64,000 bases of DNA from an uncultured Actinomycetes bacterium (lineage in GTDB: Bacteria; Actinomycetota; Acidimicrobiia; IMCC26256; DASPTH01), in contig CAVRGS010000013.1 of the NCBI GenBank assembly GCA_963720765.1, forward strand, positions 406,467 to 470,466, read 5' to 3'. Within the stretch, counting starts at the first letter, position 1. The number at the start of each line of letters is the position of its first letter. The notes under the pieces are model-generated. The model made no database searches. It saw nothing but the letters and a program-made list of their open reading frames with translations, and was not told the origin of the DNA. Both the position numbers and the translations under genes were made by a program. Shown in pieces: positions 17,084 through 25,935 of this stretch.

Positions 17084-18690
17084 CTCGGCGGCCGGTCCTC
17101 GGGTGGAAGCGTGTCGAGCACGGCGCTCGACGTCTTCGGGTCGAACAACGTGATCTTCGTCTTCGGCCACTGACCGGGCAGGTAGCGCGTGCCGTGGTCC
17201 GCGTAGCGGTAGAGGCCGGTCCCGTCGCGTCCGACCTCGTCGGCGCCCTTCGCGGCGGGGTCCCACCAGATCACGGTGGCGTCGTCGCCACCGGTGAGGT
17301 CGACGCCCTTCCAGATCCCGTGCTTCCCCCACGAGAGGTGGAGGCGGGTGGGCGTCGTGGTCTCCGCCGGCGGGAAGGTTCCGAGCCCGGCGGCGAACGT
17401 CTTGGCGGTGAGCTTCGGTCCCGCCAGGTGCACGCCGGTGAAGAAGACGAGCGGGGCCTGCACCAGCTCGCGGAACGTCTTGGCCGGCGGCGGGTGACCG
17501 CTCTGCCAGGTGATGAGGTTGCCGAGCTCGTCGACGCCGTCCGTCGTGCGAGCCGGCAGCAGGGACACGCCGAACGTGTGCGCCCATTGCTTCTGGTCGT
17601 ACTGGCGTCCGAACACCGCGGTGTCGGTGAAGGCGTACCCGAGCACGATCCACTCTGGGAACCACTGCTGCGCGGTCGCCTCCTTGGTGAGGAACGTCGG
17701 GAACACGGGATCGCCGGCGAGGATCACGCTGGTCACGCCCGCGCTCTTGAGCTTGGCGACGATGGTGCGCGCGTCCTGCTGCGCGGTCGCGAGGTCGAGT
17801 GAGTACGGCACGGTCGTCGCCGGCTTCACGCCGTACGTCGCCAGGCGGCTCTCGAAGTGGGAGACGCTCTTGGCGAACGTTCCCGCGTCATCGTCGTAGT
17901 GGACGACGCCGAACACGCGCCGTTTCGACTTCAGGGCGTCGCCCGCGTACTGCGCCTTGCCCTGAGCCAGTTGCCTGCCCACGAAGGCGGCCCAGTGCTC
18001 GCTCGCCTGCTCCGGCGACGCAGTCGTCGGCCACACGTACGGCGCGTGCTGTTCGAGGAACGACTGCGGTTCGGCGATCACGCAGTCGCCGACGCACAGC
18101 ACACCCCGCGCCGAGAGCTCGTCGGCGTACGCGGTCGTCTGGCCCGGGCCGCCGAACGACGCGAACGCGTGCAGCTCGGTCGCCACCTTGATCGCGTCGG
18201 CCTTCGCCGCGACCGCGTCGTCAGGTGCGCCGCTGGCCTTGACGGTGACGAGATCGATCTTGCGCCCGTAGAGCTCGTAGTGCGCCGAGAAGTAGTCGAC
18301 GTAGTCCTGGGTGGTCGCGCGTTCCTTCGCCAGGCTCTCGTCGCTGCCGGTGTTCTCGAAGAACGCCTGCTGGAGGAGGTCGGGCTGGGCCTGGTAGAGC
18401 GCAACGGTGATGGTGTCGGCGGTGACACCCGGTGCCGTCTTGCCGCCGTTGTCGCCGCCTTTCCACGGTGCGACGCACGGCGGTGCGTAGCCGCTCGGCA
18501 CCTTGACCTTCCCGGTGGTGGTGTCGCAGTTCGGGCCCCAGGCGACGGCCTTGCCCTGGGCCTTCGCCTGGTCGAAGGTCAGCGGGCCCGATGGCGCCGG
18601 CGTCGTTGCTCCCGCGCTGCCGGCGCCGGCGAGCGTGGCGGCAACCGCGAGCGCGGCGAGGACACGGGCCAGGTGGCGGGGAGGACGCAC
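17062..18690 (-). CDS. secreted type-I periplasmic-binding-fold solute-binding protein (Liv-type ABC), 542 aa
   Basis: Signal peptide MRPPRHLARVLAALAVAATLAGAGSAGA followed by a large PBP-like body. It lies directly downstream (64 bp) of the fused Liv-type transporter. Confidence 0.85.
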   Translation of the reverse strand: MRPPRHLARVLAALAVAATLAGAGSAGATTPAPSGPLTFDQAKAQGKAVAWGPNCDTTTGKVKVPSGYAPPCVAPWKGGDNGGKTAPGVTADTITVALYQAQPDLLQQAFFENTGSDESLAKERATTQDYVDYFSAHYELYGRKIDLVTVKASGAPDDAVAAKADAIKVATELHAFASFGGPGQTTAYADELSARGVLCVGDCVIAEPQSFLEQHAPYVWPTTASPEQASEHWAAFVGRQLAQGKAQYAGDALKSKRRVFGVVHYDDDAGTFAKSVSHFESRLATYGVKPATTVPYSLDLATAQQDARTIVAKLKSAGVTSVILAGDPVFPTFLTKEATAQQWFPEWIVLGYAFTDTAVFGRQYDQKQWAHTFGVSLLPARTTDGVDELGNLITWQSGHPPPAKTFRELVQAPLVFFTGVHLAGPKLTAKTFAAGLGTFPPAETTTPTRLHLSWGKHGIWKGVDLTGGDDATVIWWDPAAKGADEVGRDGTGLYRYADHGTRYLPGQWPKTKITLFDPKTSSAVLDTLPPEDRPPSYPSPAG

Positions 18691-18754
18691 GGGGCGATGG
18701 TCGCGCGCGGAACGGGTCCGGCGGGGTCAGGGAGGACCGCGGGGGTCAGGGGGG

Positions 18755-21700
18755 TCAGCCGCCGGTGACCGCGGGATCGGCGAGGACGACCTCGGGCGGC
18801 CCCGACGCGACGACGCGGCCGCGGTCGAGTGCGACGATGCGGTCGGCCACGTCACCGAGCACGCCGAGGTCGTGCTCGATCACGAGCACGGCGGCGTCGA
18901 GCGAATCCCGGATCTCGGTGAGGAGGGGGCCGAGCGCCTCGGCTTCGCGTTGCGCGACACCGGCGGCGGGTTCGTCGAGCAACAGGACCGCCGGCTCGTG
19001 CGCGAGGACGCACGCGAGGTCGACGATCCGACGGGTGCCGGTCGACAGCTCGTGGCCGAATCGATCGGCGTAGGGTCCGAGGTGCAGTCGTTCGACCAAC
19101 TCGTCGACCTTGGTGCTGACCGCGTCCTCGGAACGACCGACCGCAGGGAGGTGCAGGGCTGCGGCGATCGGATTGCGGACGCGCACCGAGCGCTCGCAGG
19201 CCACTGCGACGGTCTCGCGCACGGTGAGTGCGGGGAACAGGCGTCCGTCCTGGAACGATCGGCCGAGTCCGAGCGCGGCGCGTGCGTGCGGAGCCAGGCG
19301 GCTGACGTCGCGCGCGGGCTGGTCGCGATCGGGGCGGAGCTCGATGGTGCCTGCGTCGAGCGGCGTGAACCCCGACACCGTGTCGAACAACGTCGTCTTG
19401 CCCGCGCCGTTCGGCCCGATCACCCCGACGATCTCTCCCCGCGCGACCGACAGCGAGACACCGCCGAGCGCATCGACGCCGCCGAATCGCACGTGCACGT
19501 CGCGCAGCTCGAGCGCCGGTGGGACGTCGCGAGCGTCGGCGGCTGCGCGCACCCGTGTCGATGTGACCGCGGCCGCGGCACCGAGGAACGTGGCCCGCAC
19601 CAGGTCGGGCCGCTCGAGCAGGCCACCCGGATCGCCGTTGTAGCGCACGGTCCCCCCGTCGAGAAAGACCGCGTGGTCGGCGAGGGCGATGGCCCGATCG
19701 ATCGACTGCTCCACGACCACGATCGCGACGCCATCGGCGCGCAGGGCCCGCAGCCGCTCCTGCACCCGGCGGGTCGCGTCGGAGGCCAGGCCGAGCGAGA
19801 GCTCGTCCACGAGCAGCACACGCGGCGACGCCGCGAGCGCCATGGCCAGGGTCAGCATGTGCCGTTCGCCACCCGAGAGGTCGCCGGCGCGCTGGGCGGC
19901 CCGTTCGTCGAGGCGGGGGAACAGCGCCAGGGCGTCGGCGAGTGCCGCCCGGCTGGCCCCCCGGTCACGCACCCGCCAGCCGGCGAGGCGCAGGTTCTCC
20001 CGCACCGTGAGCGTGGGGAACACACCGTGATCGGCGGGCGCCTCGGCCAGGCCACGTCCCGCCAGTTGATCGGCACGCATGCGCGTGGTGTCGACGCCGT
20101 CGATGGTGACGTGGCCGCGGCTCGGCGCGTGCACGCCCGCGATCGTGTCGAGGAGCGTCGACTTCCCCGACCCGTTGGTGCCGAGGAGGGCGACGATCTC
20201 GCCCGCGCGCGCGTCGAGGTCGATGCCGTCGAGCACCGGCACCCCGTCGTGCTCGGCGCGCAGCCCGCGCACCTGCAGCCGGGCGTCACTCGGTCGGACA
20301 CGGTCGGCGACCGGACCGTCGGCGGTCGGCGGCGCGACCGTTCCGGCGAGCGCGGGCACCGCGATCGCGCGTCGACGCGCGACCCGGCGCAGCAGCGCGT
20401 CACGCGTGTCGGCGAGCGCGGCCCCGAACCCGCCGCGGAACACCAGGAGGACGACGAGCATCCCGGCCCCGGTGGCGAGGATCTGCCACTCCACGGGGAG
20501 CCACCACGTGACCCCGCGCACGAAGAGCGCGCCGAGGAGTGCACCGGGCACCGAGCCGAGGCCGCCGATGACCACCATGGTGAAGACCACGAGGCTCTCG
20601 CCCGCGCCGTACGAGTCGAGCTGCAGGCCGTTCTGCTGGTGTACGAACAACGCCCCCGCGAACGCGGCGAGGAAGCCCGACACCGCGAACGCCTGCAGGG
20701 TGGTCGTGCGCGGGTTGACGCCGAACGCACTCGCGGCGCGCTCGTTCTCGCGGATCGCCACCAGCGCGCGGCCGGTGCGACTCCGACGAATGCCGACGAC
20801 AGCCACGATCACGAGCGAGAGCGCGACGAGGCACAGGAGGTAGTAGCGCCCCTCGGAGCGCACGTCGATCACGCCGAACAGGTCGGGGCGTTCGACGCGC
20901 GACGGGGGCAGCCAGTCGAAGCGGGTGCCTTCGCCGAAGATGCGGGGGCTCAGCAACCACGCGGTCGTTGCCAGCCCGAAGGCCAGGGTGATGACGGCGA
21001 GGGTGAGCCCGCGCCGTCGCAACACGGGGAAGCCGATGAGCATCGCGAGGGCAGCACCGATCACGCCTGCGCCCAGGAGCCCGAAGGCCAGGTCCCAGCC
21101 GAGCCGCGCCGTGAGTGACGCGCCCGCGGCGGCGCCCACCGCCACGAACGCCATCTGCCCGAGGCTGATCTCGCCCGCCCATCCGGTGAGCACGACGAGT
21201 GACAACGCGATGATCCCGTACACCACCGCGACCGCGGCGAGGTTGGTGCGGCTCTCGGTGAACACCACTGGGACCAGCGCGAGGGCGAGCGCGACCGTCG
21301 CGACCAGCAACGCCCGCGCGGTGCGCACCTCGGGCAGGCGAGCCAACTCGCGCGGCACGGGGCGCGGCTCACGCACCGCCTTCCACGTCGACGGTTCGAG
21401 CCGGGCGCGCAGTCCGGCGCCCGCGGGAGTGAGCCACACCGCGAGCAGCACGACGACGAACAGGACCGGGTACACGTCGCTGGGTTCGTTCCAGCCCCAC
21501 AGCACCGACTGCTCGACGATCCCGAGCGCGATCGCCGCGGCCGCGATGGTCGGCAGCCGCTCCATGCGGCCGATCACTGCCGCCGCGAGCGCGGGCAGCA
21601 ACAGCGACGGTCCGAGCACGGTGCCGAGGGAGAGCCCGACGATCCCCGCCCGGAGGAACACCGCGAGGAACGCCAGGATCGAGGCGATCGCCCACACGAT

Positions 21701-22402
21701 CGAGTGCACTCGGCGCACCGGGATCCCGACGAGCGCAGCGCGGTCGACGTCGTCGGCGCAGGCGCGCGTCGCCAGGCCGATGCGGGTCCGGAGGAACAGC
21801 GCGAGTCCCACGAACGCGAGCGGGACCACGATCAACGCGACGACGTCGTTGCCGCCGAAGCGCAGCGGCTCCACCGTGAACGACACGTCGATCGGGGCCG
21901 GGAAGCTCTGCGGCGGCAGGTCGACGCCGAACCAGCCTGGGAGCAGCAGCCCGAGGCCCGCGAGCACTTGTGCGAGCCCGATCGTCGCCACCGACAGGAT
22001 CAGCCGCGGCGATCGGAAGAACCGACGGACGACGAGCGCCTCGACGAGCACACCGAGGACGATCGCGGCGGCGAGCCCGGCGACGAACGCCACCAGCCAA
22101 CTGGTGCCACTCGTCACGACGAGCAGCACCGCCAGCGACGCGGGCGCGGCGCCGAGGTCACCCTGCGCGAAGTTGAGGATCCGGTGCGCGCGGTACACGA
22201 GTGCGAGGCCGAGGGCGAGCAGCGCGCTCAGGCCTCCGAGCAGCGCGCCCTGTACCACGATGCCTGCCGGCGGCCCCCAGAGGAGCTGCACGACGACGAG
22301 GAACGCGACCGCTGCCCCGGCCCCGATGAGCACCGGACGGAGACGGGTGGATCGCGACACGACCGAGGCCAAGGTGATCAAGTATGCGCGCGTCGGGCCC
22401 AT
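18755..22402 (-). CDS. single-chain Liv-type ABC importer: LivH-like TMD + LivM-like TMD + LivF-like NBD + LivG-like NBD (about 1215 aa)
   Basis: One uninterrupted ORF (18755..22600). It contains two permease blocks, then GTNGSGKST...LSGGERHMLTLAMA...LLVDELSLGLA, then GPNGAGKTT...LSTGTRRIVDLACV...LLLDEPAAGVA. The start is taken as MGPTRAYLITLAS (22402), but later in-frame starts are possible. Confidence 0.85.
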   Translation of the reverse strand: MGPTRAYLITLASVVSRSTRLRPVLIGAGAAVAFLVVVQLLWGPPAGIVVQGALLGGLSALLALGLALVYRAHRILNFAQGDLGAAPASLAVLLVVTSGTSWLVAFVAGLAAAIVLGVLVEALVVRRFFRSPRLILSVATIGLAQVLAGLGLLLPGWFGVDLPPQSFPAPIDVSFTVEPLRFGGNDVVALIVVPLAFVGLALFLRTRIGLATRACADDVDRAALVGIPVRRVHSIVWAIASILAFLAVFLRAGIVGLSLGTVLGPSLLLPALAAAVIGRMERLPTIAAAAIALGIVEQSVLWGWNEPSDVYPVLFVVVLLAVWLTPAGAGLRARLEPSTWKAVREPRPVPRELARLPEVRTARALLVATVALALALVPVVFTESRTNLAAVAVVYGIIALSLVVLTGWAGEISLGQMAFVAVGAAAGASLTARLGWDLAFGLLGAGVIGAALAMLIGFPVLRRRGLTLAVITLAFGLATTAWLLSPRIFGEGTRFDWLPPSRVERPDLFGVIDVRSEGRYYLLCLVALSLVIVAVVGIRRSRTGRALVAIRENERAASAFGVNPRTTTLQAFAVSGFLAAFAGALFVHQQNGLQLDSYGAGESLVVFTMVVIGGLGSVPGALLGALFVRGVTWWLPVEWQILATGAGMLVVLLVFRGGFGAALADTRDALLRRVARRRAIAVPALAGTVAPPTADGPVADRVRPSDARLQVRGLRAEHDGVPVLDGIDLDARAGEIVALLGTNGSGKSTLLDTIAGVHAPSRGHVTIDGVDTTRMRADQLAGRGLAEAPADHGVFPTLTVRENLRLAGWRVRDRGASRAALADALALFPRLDERAAQRAGDLSGGERHMLTLAMALAASPRVLLVDELSLGLASDATRRVQERLRALRADGVAIVVVEQSIDRAIALADHAVFLDGGTVRYNGDPGGLLERPDLVRATFLGAAAAVTSTRVRAAADARDVPPALELRDVHVRFGGVDALGGVSLSVARGEIVGVIGPNGAGKTTLFDTVSGFTPLDAGTIELRPDRDQPARDVSRLAPHARAALGLGRSFQDGRLFPALTVRETVAVACERSVRVRNPIAAALHLPAVGRSEDAVSTKVDELVERLHLGPYADRFGHELSTGTRRIVDLACVLAHEPAVLLLDEPAAGVAQREAEALGPLLTEIRDSLDAAVLVIEHDLGVLGDVADRIVALDRGRVVASGPPEVVLADPAVTGG

Positions 22403-22414
22403 ACATTGCGGGTG

Positions 22415-23128
22415 ATGCGCTCTGGACTCCTCCGGTCGACGCGCGCGCTCGTGGTCGCGCTCGTCCTCAGCGCGCTCGGGACGACCGTCGCGGCCGCGGC
22501 GGCGCAGCCGGGTGACACCGCGATCGCCCGCACCGGAGTCTTCGTCGCGTCCGATGTTCCCGCCGGTTTCACCAGCGAGCCCGCGACCGCCACGTCGCAC
22601 AGCGACAACATCGTCCTGGCCGAGGGCGTCGCCGGATGTGGGCCGTACATCAAGTTGCAGAAGGCCGTCGCGCCACTGCCGCAGGCCGAGTCGCGGCGCT
22701 TCGGTGACCAGTCGCGGAGCATCGGCAACGAGGTCGACGTGTTCCCGACCGAGAAGGCCGCGCGTTCGGCGATGGTGCTGTACAGCAAGTCGAGCATCGT
22801 CGGTTGTCTGGAGAACCTCTTCGAGAAGCGGGCCCGCCAGGATCCCGACCTGCGCGGCTCGCTCGACGACGTGGTCGTGGACATCGCGCGGCAGGACATC
22901 GCCGATCTCGGCGACGACAGCGTCGTCTACGAAGGAAGCACCGTGTTGACCGGCACCGACGGCACTTCCCGGCAGATCGGGATCGGGACCGCCGCGGTGC
23001 GCGTGGGCCGCACGTTCGACGTCGTGACCTACACCACCTCCGGCGCTTCGCTCACCGAGGTGCTGACCCCGGCAATCGACGCGTCGGTCTCACGGCTCCG
23101 CAGCGCGATCGCCCGGAGTGGTTCGTGA
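22415..23128 (+). CDS. secreted hypothetical protein (paralog 1)
   Basis: Last 237 aa of ORF 21704..23128. The signal peptide is MRSGLLRSTRALVVALVLSALGTTVAAAAA. It shares motifs with the next gene (TGVFVASDVPAGFTSEP / GCGPYIKL / CLENLF). Confidence 0.7.
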   Translation: MRSGLLRSTRALVVALVLSALGTTVAAAAAQPGDTAIARTGVFVASDVPAGFTSEPATATSHSDNIVLAEGVAGCGPYIKLQKAVAPLPQAESRRFGDQSRSIGNEVDVFPTEKAARSAMVLYSKSSIVGCLENLFEKRARQDPDLRGSLDDVVVDIARQDIADLGDDSVVYEGSTVLTGTDGTSRQIGIGTAAVRVGRTFDVVTYTTSGASLTEVLTPAIDASVSRLRSAIARSGS

Positions 23129-23841
23129 TCCGTCGTCCAGTGGTTGCCGCGCTCGGCGCCGTGCTCGTTGGCGTCGGCCTCCTCGGCGCACTCGCGCTTC
23201 CGGGCGCGGCGGCCTCGGCGTCGGACCAGGAGCTCGCGACGACGGGCGTGCTCGTCCCCTCCGACTTCCCTGCGGGCTGGACGTCGAGCACGCGCGGTCA
23301 GACCTCCGACAAGGCGATCGACGCCGCCGCGGCGAAGGTCGCGGCGTGCGAGCCGTTTCTCGCGTTCAGCAAGGCGAACAAGAAGAACCCCCGCGCGAAG
23401 TCACCGAACTTCGACCACCTGCAGTCGAACGTCACCAACTCGGTGAGCGTCTACCCGTCGGCGGCGAAGGCGAAAGCTGCGATGCACACCTTCGCCGATC
23501 CACGTCTGCCCGACTGCCTCGACGCGCTGTTCCGTTCGGTGTTCACGAAGCAGCTGAAGAAGAACTCGAGCGTCGCCGACCAGATCGCTTCGGTCGACAC
23601 GTCGATCACGCCGGTCTCCGACGTCCGCATCGGTGACCAGGCGGTCGCCTACCAGGGCGCGGTCGACGTCGAGTTGCAGGACGGGTCCCACCAGTCGATC
23701 GGTCTCGGGCTCGTCTCGGCGCGGGTCGGCAAGGCCGTCGCCGGCTACTCGTGGACCTCCGACATCGACATCTCGGCCGCACTGCAGCCCGCGATCGTGC
23801 AGTCGGTCACGCGGCTGCAGCACTCACAGCCAGGCGGGTGA
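23125..23841 (+). CDS. secreted hypothetical protein (paralog 2)
   Basis: GTG start overlaps the previous stop (GTGA). The sequence begins VIRRPVVAALGAVLVGVGLLGALALPGAAA and contains TGVLVPSDFPAGWTSST / ACEPFLAF / CLDALF, collinear with paralog 1. Confidence 0.7.
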   Translation: MIRRPVVAALGAVLVGVGLLGALALPGAAASASDQELATTGVLVPSDFPAGWTSSTRGQTSDKAIDAAAAKVAACEPFLAFSKANKKNPRAKSPNFDHLQSNVTNSVSVYPSAAKAKAAMHTFADPRLPDCLDALFRSVFTKQLKKNSSVADQIASVDTSITPVSDVRIGDQAVAYQGAVDVELQDGSHQSIGLGLVSARVGKAVAGYSWTSDIDISAALQPAIVQSVTRLQHSQPGG

Positions 23842-23859
23842 CGCGCTTCCGTTGCCCGC

Positions 23860-24643
23860 TCACGCCGTGCGCGCCGGACTCCACACCCACCCTTCGTTGC
23901 GGGCGGTGTCGTCGAGTGTCGGGAGCGAGCGCAACGCCGATTCGTGGTGCGACATGACCACGGCGGAGATCGCGGCGTCGAACGCATCTTCGCTGTCGGC
24001 GGCGGAATCGCGCCACGGGGTGGGGAGTTCGGGGAGGTGGTGGTCGAGGTACGCGGCGCGTGCCGTCGCGCTCGACTTCACGACCGGGCCGGTGAGTGCG
24101 CGCGGCCAGATCTCGACCGCGACGGGCGTCCGGGCCGGCGCGTCGAACGGCCAGATCGCGTACCCGGCGTCCTGCAGGCGAGCGAGCGCGGGGAACCCGC
24201 GCAGCGAGCCGGTGCCCACACTGCCGGCGCCGCCGATCTGGAACGACGACTTCGGCCGGATCCCGCCGACCGCGGCCATGTCCTCCTCGGTGCGTCGGAG
24301 GTGCGAGGGCAGGTCCGGACGAGATCGACCGGGTCGACCCCAGAACGGAGGTTCGCAGTCGCGGAGCCACGCTTCGCCGTCGGTCACGGCCGCGTCCCAG
24401 AGCGCCCGCGCGTTCACGTAGCCACGGTCGCGCGAGGAACCACCCGGGCAACGAGAACGAGAAGTCGAAGCCCACGACCACTCCCGGCGTCTCGGTGGCC
24501 CGGTCGACGAGCTCGTCGATCACCTGCTCGCGCGTCCGCCCCGCAATGAGGCGGAGCAGTTCCCCGTCGTGCGCCTCCGCGGTCCAGAGGTGCCGCCGTT
24601 CGCCGCGGGCTCGCCCCGACCAGTCGACCGCGACGACGCTCAC
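23860..24643 (-). pseudogene. DUF429-like (predicted RNase H-fold) protein with a frame break near 24425-24435
   Basis: The N-terminal part is in the frame of ORF 23807..24937 (VSVVAVDWSGRARGERRHLWTAEAHDGELLRLIAGRTREQVIDELV...VVVGFDFSFSLPGWFLAR). The remainder is ORF 23860..24417 (NARALWDAAVTDGEAWLRDCEPPFWGRPG...). The family call is from memory of the DWSG / GxDFxFSxP pattern. Confidence 0.6.
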
Positions 24644-24662
24644 CGTCCCGCCGCCGGCACCG

Positions 24663-25364
24663 CTACGTCGTGGCCCAGATGAGCACCTCGGCGCCGTCGG
24701 GACCCGCGGTGACCGTGGGCGAGCCGGCGTGGGTGAGGCGGGCCGCGTCGCCGGTCGCGAGGGGAGCGCCGTCGAGGGTGGCGGCGCCCACGGCGACGAA
24801 CACGTGCACGTGCCTCGCGTCGGGGACGACGACCGACTCGTCGGCGTGCAGGCGACCGACCGAGAGCGCGGCGTCGCGCTGGTGGATCGAGACCGCCCCG
24901 TCATGGCCCTGCCCCGACGCCACGACGACCAGGCCACCCTCCGACAAGGCGTCGTTGAGGTCGCGCTGCTCGTAGCCGGGCTCGATGCCGTCGGTGTCGG
25001 GCAAGACCCACATCTGCACGAGATGGACGTCGGCGGTCGCGCTGGCGTTCATCTCCGAGTGCCGGATGCCGTGGCCTGCGCTCATCCGCTGCGCGAGCCC
25101 GGGGTAGATGATCCCGTCGGTGCCCGTGCTGTCGCGGTGGGCGAGCTCGCCGCGCAGCACCCAGGTGACGATCTCCATGTTCTGGTGACCATGGGTGCCG
25201 AAGCCACCGCCACCGCGGACGACGTCGTCGTTGTTGACGATCAGGAGCCCGTGGCCGGTGTTGCGAGGGTCGTGGTGGGGCCCGAAGCTGAAGCTGTGCC
25301 ACGAATCGAGCCAATCGAGCTCGGTGTGGAAGCGGCTCCCGGCGGTGCGGACGTCGATGGTCAT
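24663..25364 (-). CDS. pirin family protein
   Basis: 3' 233 aa of ORF 24663..25898: MTIDVRTAGSRFHTELDWLDSWHSFSFGPHHDP...GFGTHGHQNMEIVTWVLRGELAHRDSTG... Confidence 0.9.
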   Translation of the reverse strand: MTIDVRTAGSRFHTELDWLDSWHSFSFGPHHDPRNTGHGLLIVNNDDVVRGGGGFGTHGHQNMEIVTWVLRGELAHRDSTGTDGIIYPGLAQRMSAGHGIRHSEMNASATADVHLVQMWVLPDTDGIEPGYEQRDLNDALSEGGLVVVASGQGHDGAVSIHQRDAALSVGRLHADESVVVPDARHVHVFVAVGAATLDGAPLATGDAARLTHAGSPTVTAGPDGAEVLIWATT

Positions 25365-25419
25365 CGCTGCAGTATGTCCGCGTCCCGTCACCGGTTTCGG
25401 GGTCCCTAGACTCCGCCCG

Positions 25420-25935
25420 ATGCCCCACCTGGTCACGTTGTGCACCGGCAACGCGGCGCGGTCGGTGATGGCCGGCGCGATCCTCGCCGAGCACGTTCCC
25501 GCCATCGTCGTGGCCACCCGGGGCACCCATGTGATCGAGGGCATGCCGATGAGCTGGCGCACCCGCGACGCCATCGTCGCCCTGGGCGTGTCGGCGGACG
25601 GCCATCGGAGTCGCCAGCTCGACGCCGCCGACCTCAGGACCGCCGACCTCGTGCTCGCGATGGCGCGTGAGCACGTCCAGTACGTCCGGCGTCGCCACCC
25701 GGAGGCGGCGCCGCGCACCGGCACCCTCAAGCGCCTCGCCCGCGATCTGCCGTCGGCTTCGGGCACGCTCGCCGAGCGGGTCGCGTCCCTGCACCTGGCC
25801 GAGGTCGAGCTCGAGCCGTGGGAGGACGTCGACGACCCCGCCGGCGGCACGCCCGAGGTCTTCCACGAGTGTGCGGTCGAGATCCACCGGCTCCTCACCG
25901 TCCTGCGCCCGGTCTGGGAGGGCGTCGCCGCGTGA
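25420..25935 (+). CDS. low-molecular-weight protein-tyrosine/arsenate-reductase-like phosphatase
   Basis: Last 171 aa of ORF 25195..25935, with the C-X5-R-S P-loop in MPHLVTLCTGNAARSVMAG. Confidence 0.8.
   Translation: MPHLVTLCTGNAARSVMAGAILAEHVPAIVVATRGTHVIEGMPMSWRTRDAIVALGVSADGHRSRQLDAADLRTADLVLAMAREHVQYVRRRHPEAAPRTGTLKRLARDLPSASGTLAERVASLHLAEVELEPWEDVDDPAGGTPEVFHECAVEIHRLLTVLRPVWEGVAA

Noticed and set aside
18503-21118. 871-aa plus-strand ORF, plus ORFs 20925..22415 and 21704..23128 (5' parts)
   Set aside because: They are antisense shadows of the 1215-aa ABC fusion gene. Stop codons are rare in all frames at this GC content, and the translations have no recognisable domains.
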